Shown here one piece after another: positions 35,641 to 59,559 of a DNA stretch of 64,000 nucleotides. This DNA is from the human T2T-CHM13v2.0 reference genome, Homo sapiens: assembly GCF_009914755.1 (NCBI RefSeq), contig NC_060941.1, one strand, 5' to 3'. A program made the position numbers and the translations under genes. Position 1 is the first letter of the stretch, and the number at the start of each line of letters is the position of its first letter. The notes under the pieces are model-generated. The model ran no database searches. It was given only the letters and a program-made list of their open reading frames with translations, and had not been told where the DNA came from.

Positions 35641-36949
35641 AGTAGGGAGCAGTGTCAAACTTTACACAGTTGAGTCCCTGAATCACAGAGAAAGCGATAC
35701 CTTCAAAAAGTATTACATTTAATTTAACCTAAAAAACATTAGTTTTAAATCCTTATAGGATCTCAGTGCTACTTACAAGCTCCAAACTAAGATCCTACAA
35801 ATTAATGCAAGGTTTGCATATCATTTGCATGTGATTTGCATTATATTTGTGTATTTAATGGCGACCTTGCCTCGTGTGACACTTACATCTGTCTTTCTCC
35901 ACGTTTCCAAGTCCCTACTTGGTGTTGATCCAACCTTAAAAAAACAATTGCTAGCCTGTAAATTAAATTGGGACTCTGAAAAGAAGCAGGGAATTTCCCT
36001 TCAGAGTCGTCCACTCCAAGTCTAGCTCAGCAGAGTGAAAGGAACAAAGCAACTGAAAAACTTGCCCAAGTTTGCACCGCGACTCCGTTAACAAATCCTG
36101 GTCTTCCAAGATCAATGCTCTCTGACTTACAAGTCAGAATGAGACTGGAAGGTCCCCAAAGAGAATGCATGCAGTTGTGAAAAGCACATGATATAATAAT
36201 ATAAAGGGATTTGGGAAAGAAAATAACATTTAAGATACTATTAAAAAGTATTATGCTTCAAAAGAAAAAAAATATTACTCTTGGTATTTGTTAACCATTT
36301 TGTTCTACATATGGAAAAAGCAAAAGTCAATCAACCCTGGATTGTCTGTGATTGGGGACCATTCAAATAATTGAATAATTCCCTCCAGATTTATATTTAG
36401 CTGTGAATTCTATTTTTGATCTTGCTACAGATTTTTCTTTCTATTTCTGTTTTTGCCCAGTTTAATGTTAAAAAGAAGATATTCCCTGAAGCCATACTAA
36501 CTAATCAGAGAAAAAGAGGTAATCTGGGAGCCTGCTGTGAGGCAAAGAGAAGTCATTCTGGGATTAAATATTGAAAGTAGATAATACCCAAAGTGGAAAT
36601 TCAAGAGTGGGTTGAATATTAAAATTAGCCTACATACACTGAATGAATTGAGGCAATGGAACATACCGAAGAAAGGTTTTCTTTGCAAAGAGTGTACTCT
36701 TGCAGTTTTGAAGGATTTACTTCAAGATCTGACATTTGAACTGTTTTTTTAATTGATTGAAGAAATGCTGTACTACTTTTCCATGAAGAGGACAATCTAA
36801 TCAAAGACAGAGAAGAATAAACAAAAATTGATGAACTGATTAAAAACTCAGTCTTTATAAGATTAATTAACTCAGTTGAAAAAAGATATCTTGCATTTAT
36901 ATTGTTCCTCAATTTCAAGTAGTTCAAAGTCTTCATGTACTTTTAAGAA

Positions 36950-37625
36950 ATCCTCATGACAATCTGGAAAAGGAAAAACATGGATTCTTACCATGTTACA
37001 AGTAGTGAAACTGAAGTCCAAAGAAGTGAGTCCTTTTGATTCCTAGCTCAGATCTCTAACACATCATATTGAACCACCCTGCCTCACATCTTCATTAATA
37101 AAATCAGTAATGGTAGCAACGAATATTCATTGAATTCCTTTCTCCATGCTAGGTACATGTTAAGTACCATGCATACTTTATCTTATTTATTGCTCAAGAC
37201 CACACTTGTGAAATGGGTATTATTTCCTCTTCATTGAGACTTCAGGGAGAAATACAGTAACATGCCCAAGATTACCCAGGTAGCCTGACTCCAGAGCTGA
37301 GCTCCTGATCTCTATGAGTGTAAAATTTTCTTAAGAACACAGGATTACTGTTCACATCTTACATAAAGGGTCTCCAAAGATGCAAATCTGATTAAGATGT
37401 TAAAATTAACATCTGTCTAGTGTTTTATAGCTTTCACATACATTATCTCATTTAATTATCACAATAGGCATGTAAGGCAGAAAATGTAGATATTATTGTC
37501 CTCATTCTTCAGGAGGTTAAGTCCTACAGAGGCTAGGTGACTTGCCCAAGATCATCTTAGTAAATGGCAGACCTAGGACTTACATCCTTGGTCTTTTGAC
37601 TCCAGATTCAATGCTTTCCCAACCA
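36950..37625 (-). mobile_element. Cluster of degenerate MIR fragments
   Basis: gaaactgaagtccaaagaagtga; taacatgcccaagattacccag; ctcatttaat...gtgacttgcccaagatca...tagtaaatggcaga. Confidence 0.7.
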
Positions 37626-38711
37626 ACACTCAACTTCTAGATCATTGGTCCTGCCTGAGAGGCAAAAGGTAGACTAGTTGGTCTTTTGAAAGCTTTTCTT
37701 GTCTGACAACTTATACTGTGTTAGGACCCCTCAACATGTAAATTCTCAATCTTAGGAGATGATGAGTGGTTTTTATTGGCTGAGCCAGACAATGTGTGTT
37801 TAGAAGTAAAGCCCTAGGATGAGAATCTTGAAACACTTTGGGTAAGTGGCTTCCTCTCTCTGTGCCAGAATCATCCCTGCTCCATCAACCTCACAGACTT
37901 GTTCTAAAAATAAGGCGACACATTATCGTACAGATGCTTCCTTCCCTCAGAGAGAGGAGTAATGTGCATGGTTCCATGGATACTGTGTTTAAACTTTATT
38001 CCAAAGCCAAGGTACCAGAAATTAAGAACCTGGACGGTAGAAAAAGAGGCAGTGGAGGTGGTATAGCTAAAGAAATGGATCTTCTGAGTCCAGAAAGTCA
38101 TGGTCTTTCCTGATAAGTTGCTGGCAAGACACTAAAGTTGATCCTAGCTGGAGGAGTGAGAAGGGAGGCATGCATAGGACAATTTGGTCCTCTCCTTACT
38201 AGGTATCATGTCCAACCAGCTGTCTCTTATTCTCTTCTCTATCACTGATAGCTTCTCCTGGCATGGGCATGATGGGAGGATAAGGACTACATCTGAAGAT
38301 TAATCCGTCTGCTTCCTCCAATGAAGGAAGCCTTGGCTTTGGGGAGGCTGTGCACTGCTAAGGGGAGATGACTTGCATTCATTACAAAGCATCTAACTTG
38401 CAACAAAACCTTTGCCACTGCCCTTACTGTCATGCTTATCAACATCATCGCCATTAATTAATTAGCTCATCACAAATTTATTGAAATGAACACTATGTGC
38501 CAGACACTGAGCTAGGCACTGAGCTCTGAATGACAATAATGTTCAGAGACATTGTCCCTATGCTGAAGTTCACAAGCCAGCAGGCCTTGAAGCCTGTATG
38601 CAGAAGTGGCCCTGGGCTAGATGCTATTTCATTTGGGATACATGACCTGGTTCCTGCTTTCAGAGACTTTGGGTCAGAGGATGACATTCAAAAACATCAA
38701 AAGTAGAGGAT

Positions 38712-44587
<5,876 letters not shown>

Positions 44588-44838
44588 TTATATTGTAGAT
44601 ATAAATTGTTGTACATAACTACAAAATATCACCACAGATTCTTATTAAATTTTATTTTCTGTGCCTTGGTCAATGAGATATCACCCTGCCCTGCAACTCC
44701 ATCTTCACCATCATTTACTTTAGCTTCAAATTAGACCTCGCTTTCTCCAAGTGTTCCTCATCTACCCTTATCAGCTACTAATTCTTTCAGGACTTAGGTG
44801 TTCAGTTTGTAGCCCATAATAATTTTGTAGTAGCTTAA

Positions 44839-46375
<1,537 letters not shown>

Positions 46376-49300
46376 CACTGTAAATCTACTTCTGACGGAA
46401 GGAATGAAGCCCAGTTACATCCCACCCAACACTTCAACCCTGACTGAATTTGGTGTCTATTCCTGGTTTTTACTGTGGATTTCCTGTACCCAACACATCT
46501 ATTCCACAAGACGGCCCTGGCTCAACAAAATGGCCTTGGCAGTCTCTCTAGCTGATGAAAAAGTCCCAAAGGGCTGACTGACACTCCTCCCACTTAGTAA
46601 CTTAGTGGCTCTTAGAACAGTGCTCCTTTCGGCAGGCGGTTTCTCCTGCTGTGCATGGTTGAAGGTGAGGAACTTGTACCCAATTCTGGAAGCCCCTGAT
46701 GGTTCAATGCCTCGAGGAGTTGTGTTGTGCAGCGGAAGGGCCTGGAATGTTCCAGTACATTCCACCAGTGGCCTCTGTGACCCCTGCTTCCATTCAACTT
46801 TGGCAAAGGCCTGGTAGTCTACAAAGTAGCCTGTATTCTGCTGGGGTAGGAAGCAGCTTGGCCTTGCTTCTTCCTTGCCACTCTGATAATATCACACAAG
46901 TTGGCACCTTCCCTGGAAGTCCCACCCAAAAGCTCTGTCCAACTCTCTGGCCTCCTGGGTATTTGCCCAGAATGTTGAGTTAGGGTTTAGATACCAATCC
47001 TGTCAATTTCTTGGCCCTGTACACCCAATTCTGAATTCTTCTCCTGATGAGAAACCATGGGGATTCCTGAACCAATGGTGGGTTTGCATTCCTCGGAATG
47101 CCAAAAAAGCACCACCCCCCTCCCTTCATACGCCTGTGGAGATAGTAACATCAAGGCTCCAGGAAGGAAGTAACACAGCCAACAGCCATGATGTAACCGG
47201 CCATGTGCCCCTGCTTCACAGCACAGAAGAATGGCGCTTCTACTTGCTGGGCGCTGACTACAGGCTAAGCAATTTACACACATGGTCTCATTTGATCCTC
47301 ATGACTACCCTATACAGTTGGTATAATCATCCCCATTTCACAGGTGAGGAAGTTGAAGCACAGAGAGGTTAAAAAATGTATTGATGGTTATATAGCTAGA
47401 AGGGAAAGGTCCAACTGCTTTCAAAGATTGTGCACAACCACTACTGAGGGGCTCAGTGGACTAGGTCAGAGAGACCCAGACCTAGACAAGTGAGAAATAC
47501 AGGCCAGACCAGTCATTCCCCTGCCTCTCTGTCACCTTCCACAGCCCTAAAGACTCTAGAGCTCTGATTTTGTTTATAATGCTAAGAAATTATGGAGGTG
47601 CGTCTAGAGGTTTCTAGCTGCTCCTGGTATAGGAGTTGAACTATTCTGCGAAAGGATTATTATTTACTATTATGTCTCTGCCTCCAGTGGACTAGCCTAG
47701 GACCAAATCCACTCCCTCTCTCCAAGCTTCCTACTTTGGGGGAGGAGAGCAAGATGGGGAAAGCTGGGGGGTTTCCATGAAGGAGAAACCAGAAGATTAA
47801 AGGAGGAGGAGGCTGGCGCTGCCCTTTCAGAAAGCCTGCCAAAGCTAGGGAACCGGGATTCCTAAGACACTTCAAGAGTGTGCCAGGGAAAGTAGGAAAG
47901 CTCTTTGTGGGGTCAAAAGGGAAGCTGCAAGAGGAGGCCCTAGGGGAGACTTGACGGAAGAGGGTGGAAGAGGAGGTAAGAATCCATGCAGGACCAGAAG
48001 CGTGTGTGGATTCTGAAACCACCAAAAATTCAAAAGAGAAAAAGACTCACTCCTTGACTCTGTCTCCCCACCTCTTGGGTGGGGCAGCCAAATAAGGGGA
48101 ATTCTTGTGGGACTGTGCTCTCCATTGCCAGAAAACACTGGCTGCATCGCCTGCCCAGCCTGCCAGAATGCTGCTGGAAAGAGTGGCTGGCCGCTGTGTT
48201 TGGTTGATAAATGATGGGCACCCCTGCCTGCCGCCCATTCTCTCTTTTCTCCCTGCTTAGCTTGCAGCCTTCTGCCTGGCAGGGAGCCTCAGGGTAGGGG
48301 TGGGGGAATAGGGTCCTCCAGACAGTATTTTATACTCAGTGATTAATAGGCTGCTGGAAGGGGAGGGGTGGGAAGCAAAGAGGGAAGCCCCAAGCCTAGT
48401 TTCCATGAGGCACCAGTGCACCACTGACAAGAGTCAAGGTATCTCTTTTCTTGATGCCTATTCCTTCAGACCCAGCTTTGGGACAGGATGCAGCCTTCAT
48501 CCCTCCTGGGGCCTGAGACTCTGGTAGTATCTTGTATGAGACCTATGGAACTGGCTGGAATGAGGTTAATGGACACACATCCAAATCCTCAACCTTTTCT
48601 TTAAGCTCCACACTGCTGGGAGAGGGAAGAAATAAGTGAGGCCAAGCAGCTTAATAGCTGTTTTTGGAGGATTTTTTTTTTTAATGTTCAAGAATTCTTT
48701 TGAACCCTCCATGGCTCCAAGAAAAACTATTTGAAATGTCCCTTCTTATGGGGCCAGGGGGTTAAGTGCCAGGGATGGAAGGCTAAATGCCAGGGATGCT
48801 GGTTGCAGGGATTCTTGGGACCGGGGCTAATGGCCTCCCTGCTGTGGGCTCAGGAATACCAGGCCCAGGCACTGGTTGCCCTGAGAGATGCAGCCATTTT
48901 TACTTCTGATTGAAGGGCACCACCTTCCGGGATTTTCCCTTCTCTGGTGGGAAACAGAGTAGAATATGCCAAGGGACCAACAGGGTCTGTGCCCAAGAGT
49001 GGAGGGCACTGAAGGTGATAACATGGAGGCACTGGGATAGGGTGAGACCAATGACTTATACAGCTTAGAATTTGGTCCTTCCTGGCGGGAAGAAGATGCA
49101 CTTTGTGGGAGCACATGGTAATTGCCCTTCGTAAGGGTGATCTCAAAAGGTCAACGGATGGGCCTTGAATAGCCCTAATGTCCCTGAAACAGTCCATTGT
49201 GTAGCTATTGTCTATACATGTAAAGGAACCCTTCTTGACCCTATTCATACTTTTCTTTTTTTGCCTCTGGGGTTTCCCAAGTGAATAATTGCATACTACC

Positions 49301-49749
49301 TTATTTATCCTTCCACCCAAGTCTACCTCTTTTAAGCTAACAAAAAAAATAGTTCAGAACACATTTCTTGAGTCCCTATTAAGTGCCAGGCATCATGCTA
49401 GGTGCTGGAGATATGCAGATAAATAACACATGGTCCCTCCTCTGGAGAATCCACAGTCTGTTTTTTAAAAAATGACCCTTAGTGTTGACTTTTGGGATTT
49501 TGAAAACAAATCTGCATGTATCTCCTTTATATTTTCATATACATGGATCATGATTTCAGCCTCTATCTTTTCACAATCTTTTAACATTTTGCCTGGTATA
49601 GTAGTCTCCATTTAGATCAATTCAGATTACTTTCCCCGACTCTGATATATCTTCCTTTGCAGGTAGAGTGACCAGAATTAGGCGCTATATTTCACATGCA
49701 AATACTATATAAATGTGTGTACAAGAGTAACACTATGTTTTCTAACTTC

Positions 49750-50310
49750 CTTCATTTACCCACTTGCCATTCATGCATACATCCAATAGTTATTGAATGC
49801 CTACTAAGTGCCATGCACTCTGCCAGGTCCTGAGAATGCAATGGTAAGTAAAATGGACACTGCCCTCATGGAACTTACAGTCTGGGGTGTGTGTTGGGGA
49901 GACAGAAAGTAAAGAATCCAAATAACACACACATAAATGTATAATTACAAACTGAGACAAGTGCTATGAAGAAAAGCACAGTGTGCAATAAGAGCATGGC
50001 AGTGGGGGCCTTGATCTAGCCTGGAGGGTTCAGGAAAAGGTTTCCTGAGAAAATGGTATTTGAGCTGAGATCTGAAGGATTAGTGAAAATAGGCAAAGAA
50101 GAATATGGGGGAAGAACATTCCAGGCAGAGTAAAGAGCATGTGCAAAGGTCCTGAGAAGGAAGAAACCTGCACACTCCTAAGGAATTGCAGGAAGGCCAG
50201 TGAAGCTGCGGCACTGAGAAGGAAGCAGGTTTGTGTGAGATGGGCCTGAAGAGTTAGCCAGAAGACAGACCAGGCAGGACACTGAAGGCCAGGGAAGGAT
50301 TTCTGTCTTT
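49750..50310 (-). mobile_element. L2 fragment
   Basis: ttattgaatgcctactaagtgcca...ctgccctcatggaacttacagtct...tttgagctgagatctgaagga...acattccaggcagag...gtgcaaaggtcctgag. Confidence 0.85.
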
Positions 50311-51522
50311 ACCCCTCCATGGATAGGCACATGGAATGAAGGTCTTTAAAGAAGAGCTGCCAATGGTTCTTTCTCCCAGATTACTAATGCTACTTACAGT
50401 TGTCTGGAAGGAGAACAGTCATGACGGTCTAAGCTGCTAGGAACTTCCCAGCATCCTGACATGGTGTGGCTATGCCTGGCTGTCACTGGGGAGCCCCCAG
50501 AACCCATGGATCAGCCCTAGCCTACAGCCCTCAGGCAAGGGATAGCCCCCACCCATGTGGACAAAGGGGCAGGGTGGAGGGTGGGTGGAGTGCTTTGCCT
50601 GAGATCTCAGCTCTGCATGACATTTGGAACAGCCCCAAGACTATGGCTCTTTTTCCTAGATAACTCTATCATGTGTACCCCCCATTTAAATGGCCTGCCG
50701 CCCTTCCTACAGCAGCTGTGCTCCCCACCCAATCTGGAGAAGGTCCCTGGATAAGAACTCTGACTCTGCCCAGAGACTTGGGTCTTGACCTGCTAAGTTT
50801 AGGCCTCAGGACTGTTGGGAACCATGGATATATACATATCCTTGATAGTTTTCCAGGGGTATTAATGGAAGCCATTGGAGAAGAGGGTCACAATTGTTGG
50901 ACTCAGCCTTTCTAAAGCCAGTCCTTTCCTTCCAGTCATATCTTTGGAAAATGTGGTTTGGTGTAGTGACATCTGCTGGCAAGGCTAGGCACATAATACA
51001 ATGACTGGATGTCCACTCATCCTCATGTAATTTCCAGACTAGCAAGAAAATTGTTCTTAACTTCTGAGATTGGATTGGGCTCAGTAACCTCAGTTGGCAA
51101 GAGCAAGACTAAGATGTCCAAGGATGTGGGTCTGAACTATGTATGGGCTAGTTTGCCTTAAATAGAGAAAATGTGTTTCCTAGTTGTGGCTTATACCCCT
51201 CCCATTGGTCAGTTGATTCATATTTGGGTACAGTTAATCACAAGGGAGATTGGGCAAACATGTATAAATGACTCAGAGGAACCCGTTCCTAGCCCCTATG
51301 CCTGGGAAAGCATCTCCCAACAAATAAAAAGACCCACATTTTACAAATGGCAAAATGCAGTGTCATTTTTTTATCCTCCTGAGGTTGACTAGTTTGGGAA
51401 ACTTTTTAGTTTCTCCCAGGTCACCAGGAAAGTAGTGTCTACAGAATCATCTTCATGGTTCTTATAGTGGGCAAGACTGACTAGGGCTTTTATAATGGCC
51501 CCTCCACACATGCTGGGGTAAG

Positions 51523-53836
<2,314 letters not shown>

Positions 53837-55379
53837 TTATTTTCCTCAAATTTTCATTTAGTGTTATTACACTGTGTTAATCATTTTGAAATGGTGGAAG
53901 GGGGTTGAGGGCAGGTGAAAGTGCTCCTCTAGCCCCTTCCTGTACATACTTGTCCTAAATTGACAGAGAGGAAAGACCATGTCTGCTTATTCAGCTTCTG
54001 GCCAATGCCTAGCACCTATCAGGTGTTAAATAAACATTTGTTGAATGTATAAATGAAAATGCCTGCAGTCTAAATGTCTCAGCCCATGGTGACCGGGTAC
54101 TTTCCACCCCGGCAAATAGAGCAATTTGGTTTTGCTGGAATAAAAAAATGAAGGTTTATCCATAATGGCAATTCCCTGGTCTTCTTGGTAAGTGAATGTG
54201 GGCATGGAGAACCCAGGAGAGACAGTCTGTTAAAGAAAACCCAATTACCATTGTGGAACATATGTTGCCCTGAGGCCTCTGCTGCCATAACAACATCTTG
54301 TAACTATAACTACAGCCCTGGAGGGCTTTGGCCCCATAGAATATGGAAAAGGATGTCTTCATCATAAGACAGCTTTGTGCTCAGATTGACTTCCCTAGGG
54401 AGCTTGGATCAGGGAAGGGAGGTAGATAAGTGGAGGAAGGGGGGGAGATGAAGGGCAGAGGTGGGAGAAGAACTGCTATTGAATCAAGATCAGAGTGATT
54501 TTTTTTTTTAGCGATTTTCAAAATGTGGTTATTTGACTGTTTAGCTTTGGTGGTTATTTATATCCCCAGCTGCAGAGGCAGGGAGCTGTGCCTGAGCCTG
54601 CTGGGATCTGTCCAATAACTTCTCCCAGGGTGGGGCTGCGGGTGGGGGCTAAGGGTGCTACAAGATCCAAATTAGGTGGCCAGAATGTAAGAGAAGCTCC
54701 AGGCCATCTCCAGCAAGAGTAAAGAAGAAGGGCCTATTAGTGACTGTGCTGACCATTTTTAAGGCAGCTGCAAATGAAAATATTTTAATAGGAATTACGG
54801 TCACATCAGCAACCTCTGAGATTCTCCCAAAAGGATAGAGACTAAGCCAATACTTTGCCTCAGAAGTTATGAGATTGACCTGGCTACACTAGCATTGTCT
54901 TTAAAAGGCCAAGGCATGCTTCCCCCACCTTACAAGACTGCACACAGAGGAAATGGCTATCCCTAACCCCTACTAGCCACCTCACTGGTCAGAAAGAGGC
55001 TTAGAGGAGAGAGCATGGCTGGTTCTGTGCAAGCCTTTCCTAGCTGAGTCAACAACTGGCAGTGGGGTGAGAAACATTCAATTTGGTGCCACCCCAATTA
55101 CTAAGCCCTTTTGGGTGCCAGTCAGCAAGGGAGAAGCTGGAGATGCTGTGGCCATCCAGGCAAGGCTCCTAACCTCTGGAAGAAGCAAACAATGAACAAC
55201 TACATTTTGTATTTGAAATATGGTACCTATAATTTTACTGTCAAGGAAACACTTTAAAGGACATCAAGGGATCTTTTAGGCAGCTTACAAAACTGAGGAG
55301 GCAAGAGACTGATACAAGTAAGGAAATAACACAAGCACATACACACAAAAGATTGCCCCCACTCCCAGTGCCTATTTCA

Positions 55380-55985
55380 GTCTCTCCTTGTCTCTGGCTA
55401 AGGCTATTTCAGCAGCCTTCTAACTGGTCTCCTGCCTTGGGTCTCCCTCCTACTCTGATCAGTGCCCTTCACAGCTGCCAGAAAGAGATTGCTAAAATGC
55501 ATGTCTGACTGGCGGCCTCCTCTGCTTAAGGACTTTCAGAAATTGCCTACCACTTCCAGTTCAGTCTCCACAGAAGGGTGCTGAACACTCTGCATGAACT
55601 GGTTCCCAAAACCATGCCTCTTATGTACCCTCCCCGGCACCCATAGATAATGCTCCTCCACACCTCTCTACTATTGCACATTCTGTTTTCTTTGCATGGA
55701 AAACCCTTATATTGTCCTTGTTTACTGGCAAACATTCATCCTGTGAAATTCCACTCTTGCTTCACGTCTTTTATGAATCCTTTCCTAAACTTTCCAGATG
55801 AAACACTCTACCTCCTCCTCTGTAGCACTTCTGAACCTTGCTTATCTCCCTATTTTCCCATGTAATACTCTACAGTGTTTTGTAAGTGTGTGCTCACTGG
55901 CTTGTCTTCCCTACTGGATTCTAAGCTCCTTTAGGGGAAAGTTGGTGTTTTGTCCATGGGGTATAACTCAGTGCCTGGTACCTGG
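55380..55985 (+). mobile_element. Degenerate L2 fragment
   Basis: cagcagccttctaactggtctcctgcct...cacagctgccaga...taaaatgcatgtctga...tgtcttccctactgga..ctaagctcc...cagtgcctgg. Confidence 0.7.
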
Positions 55986-56159
55986 GTGATTAATGCCTGG
56001 GTAATCACTCTGTATGTCTTCAGTTAAAGTGGTTGAACAGAGGTTGAACAGAGTTAAAGAGGTTGAACAGATAAAAGCAAACAATCACTGAGACCATGTA
56101 AATATATAGTCACTAACATTAGAATGTTATAGCCATGATTAGAGTGACTGGAAATATAA

Positions 56160-56720
56160 ATAACAATAGCCATTTATTGAGCAATTACTCCATGTCAGGA
56201 ACTGTGCAAAGAGCTTTACAACACTCATCTTCTTTATTCCTTACAACCTTGTGAGGTGGCTATTAATGTCCCCACATCACAGGTGAGAAAACTGAGACAC
56301 AAACAAATTTAAAACTTGTCCAAGGCCGGGCATGGCTCATGCCTGTAATCCCAGTGCTTTGGGAGGCTCAGATGGGAGGATGGCTTGAGGCCAGGAGTTC
56401 GAGACTAGTCTGGGCAATGTAGCAAGACCTCATCTCTACAAATAATTTAAAAATTAGCCAGGCATGGTGGTGTGTACCTGTAGTCCTAGCTACTCGGGAG
56501 GCTGACGTGGGAGGATCGCTTGGCCCAGGAGATCAAGGTTGCAGTGAGCTATGATTGTGCCACTGCACTCCAGACTGGGTGACAAGAGTGAGACACTGTC
56601 TCTTAAAAAACAAAAACAAAAACAAAAACTTGTCCAAGAGTAATGCAGGTAGGAAGCAGCAGAGCGGAGATTAAAATTCAGATCTGACATCAAAGCCCTG
56701 TACTGGACACTAGTACAGCT
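56160..56720. mobile_element. MIR interrupted by a plus-strand AluJ-like element (~56323-56626)
   Basis: catttattgagc...acaggtgagaaaactgagacac; TSD AAAACTTGTCCAAG on both sides of the Alu. Confidence 0.85.
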
Positions 56721-57583
56721 GATGATACAATAAACATGATTTATCTATGTTTCTATTATCTGTTTGGGAAGGGAAATGAACAGAATTATCTACCAAATTG
56801 TACAAGGAAAATAACAAATCCAGCAGTTAAGTGCAAAATAACATATCATTACGCCCTACTACCTTACAAAGAATGAATTGGAAAAGATTTTCTGAAAAAA
56901 TAAAATTTTATTGAGGGTTAGGAGATGCATCCAGGCAGGAAGAAAAGCCTGAGAAAATAGAAAGGCAAGGAGAACTGTCGAGAGTGTCAACGTGAAGTCT
57001 GGTGATTGAGGATAGCCAGGGGGCAACCAGTCAGAGGCATTGAAATCAACATCAGTTCCTGCTTGGAAAGCTAATTGTGTTGTGATGAACATGACTCTCA
57101 AAGTAAATATTATATTTGGTTTTTTAAAAAAAGAAGAAGAAATAAGCTTTTAAGATCCTCCCCTTCCCCATTCTAAATATACCTGGCTGGTCTACTTTCA
57201 AGTACTATACACATTTTTTTCCTTATGATCATGTTTCTATCCTACTGGTGTTAGTTTTTTCATCTTTCTGCCAGAGTGTACACTTTCCAAGGACAAGAAC
57301 CATATCTAAATGAAACTGTAAACTCTTTAGTGTCAGCTGCAGTCTTAGGGAATCTAGCATAAGAAATTAACTAACGTCGAACATCTGTAATGCTGGTATT
57401 TGTGTGACGGATGCAAGTCAGGATAAGATCTTATTCTAAAACACTAATTTCCAGGGAGGATAACTTCACCATCTCTGAGCGCTATACATTCAGAGACTGT
57501 AAAACAGTAATGATATTCTTACTGAGTAGCAAGCATTTACTGTGGGAAGAACGAGGTTTGAGCACCATTGGAAAGGATGGTAT

Positions 57584-58390
<807 letters not shown>

Positions 58391-59559
58391 AAGTAATGTG
58401 AACCATTTTCAAATAAGTTCTTACGTGCAGTTCAACCTAAGTAGGTTATCAAAGGTATTTATACTAAGCACTAAAAGCTAAGTATTAAATACTAAAAGCT
58501 GCCTGTGTCAACACTGGCCCAGGACATCCCCAAGGAGAGTGCTGGCTAAAGGTCTGGAACTTTAAATCTTTAGAGTTCTTTACTTAGCACATCAATCAGA
58601 TATTTACCTTCTGCTTCTTTGTTCTTTAGCCCTGCTCCTGGGGGAAATCTCCATCTTAACGGGGCCTCAGTTTGAAATTGGGGTTCGGGATCCTAACTTA
58701 ATGACTGAGCGTGCCTGGGTTCCACCCAGTCGCAATTGGTCAAGACTTGGTCCTCTCAAGGCCTTTCCTCCGGAGAGGTTAAATCCTCAACGCCTGCTCT
58801 CCACTTTCCAGCCTTTTCTTAAGGCTCTTCTTTCAGCCTAGTATCTGTGACCAACTTCTCCTTCCTAGGCCCTCTCATTATTATTTAAATGTCCATTCTT
58901 TTGGGGGCTTCAACTTCACTAAAAACATTCCTTCCTCTTCCTCCGCCTCGTAACTCTCTGCTCAAGCATCTGGATGCCAGAGGTCATTTGAGCTAAATGG
59001 GGTTCAAAGCTTTTCTGACTCTGGTACTGCATTCCCCACTTTCAAATCACATTTTTCACCCCAGGGCCCCCAGTGGTCTCAAACCCAAACACAGTGCGGT
59101 TAGGAAGTGGGCACTCGCCACAGAGCTAAATTGGGAATTATTTGACCTGCAGCTTCTGGAGAATGGTTTTGCCTCCTCCCCGCGACATCAACTAACTCAC
59201 TTGCTGTTAGCTAAGGGCAAGGACAATGTCTCCTCTACCAGACAGGAAACTTGATGGCGGACGCTATCCGTTAGTTCCTTTTTCAATTCCCCATTCCCAC
59301 CCCTTCGAGACCACGATGTTTCTTAAAATACAAAGTTTCTTTTACAAAACATCCCTCCGCAACTTTGAGTTTATATAATAAACGGAAACGTCCTTTAAAC
59401 AATCAGGCTACGAAGGGGTTAAATCTAATCTCAGCAACCTGATGGATTCTGGGGGGTTTCCTTCCTCGACTCTAGAAATTAAAACGAAATTTTGCCCAAG
59501 GTAAAGATGAGAACCGTTTACATCAACTGTCAGGCTTCTGCCCCAAACAAGAATGGCTA

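Noticed and set aside
36300-36950. AT-rich segment with a faint coding or transposase-like look
   Set aside because: Many stops and no motif I can assign; needs a Dfam or translated search
55043-55051. GCTGAGTCA (ARE/MARE-like)
   Set aside because: Isolated motif without supporting context
56022-56071. Three copies of GGTTGAACAGA
   Set aside because: Short slippage repeat between L2 and MIR remnants; not a CRISPR-like array
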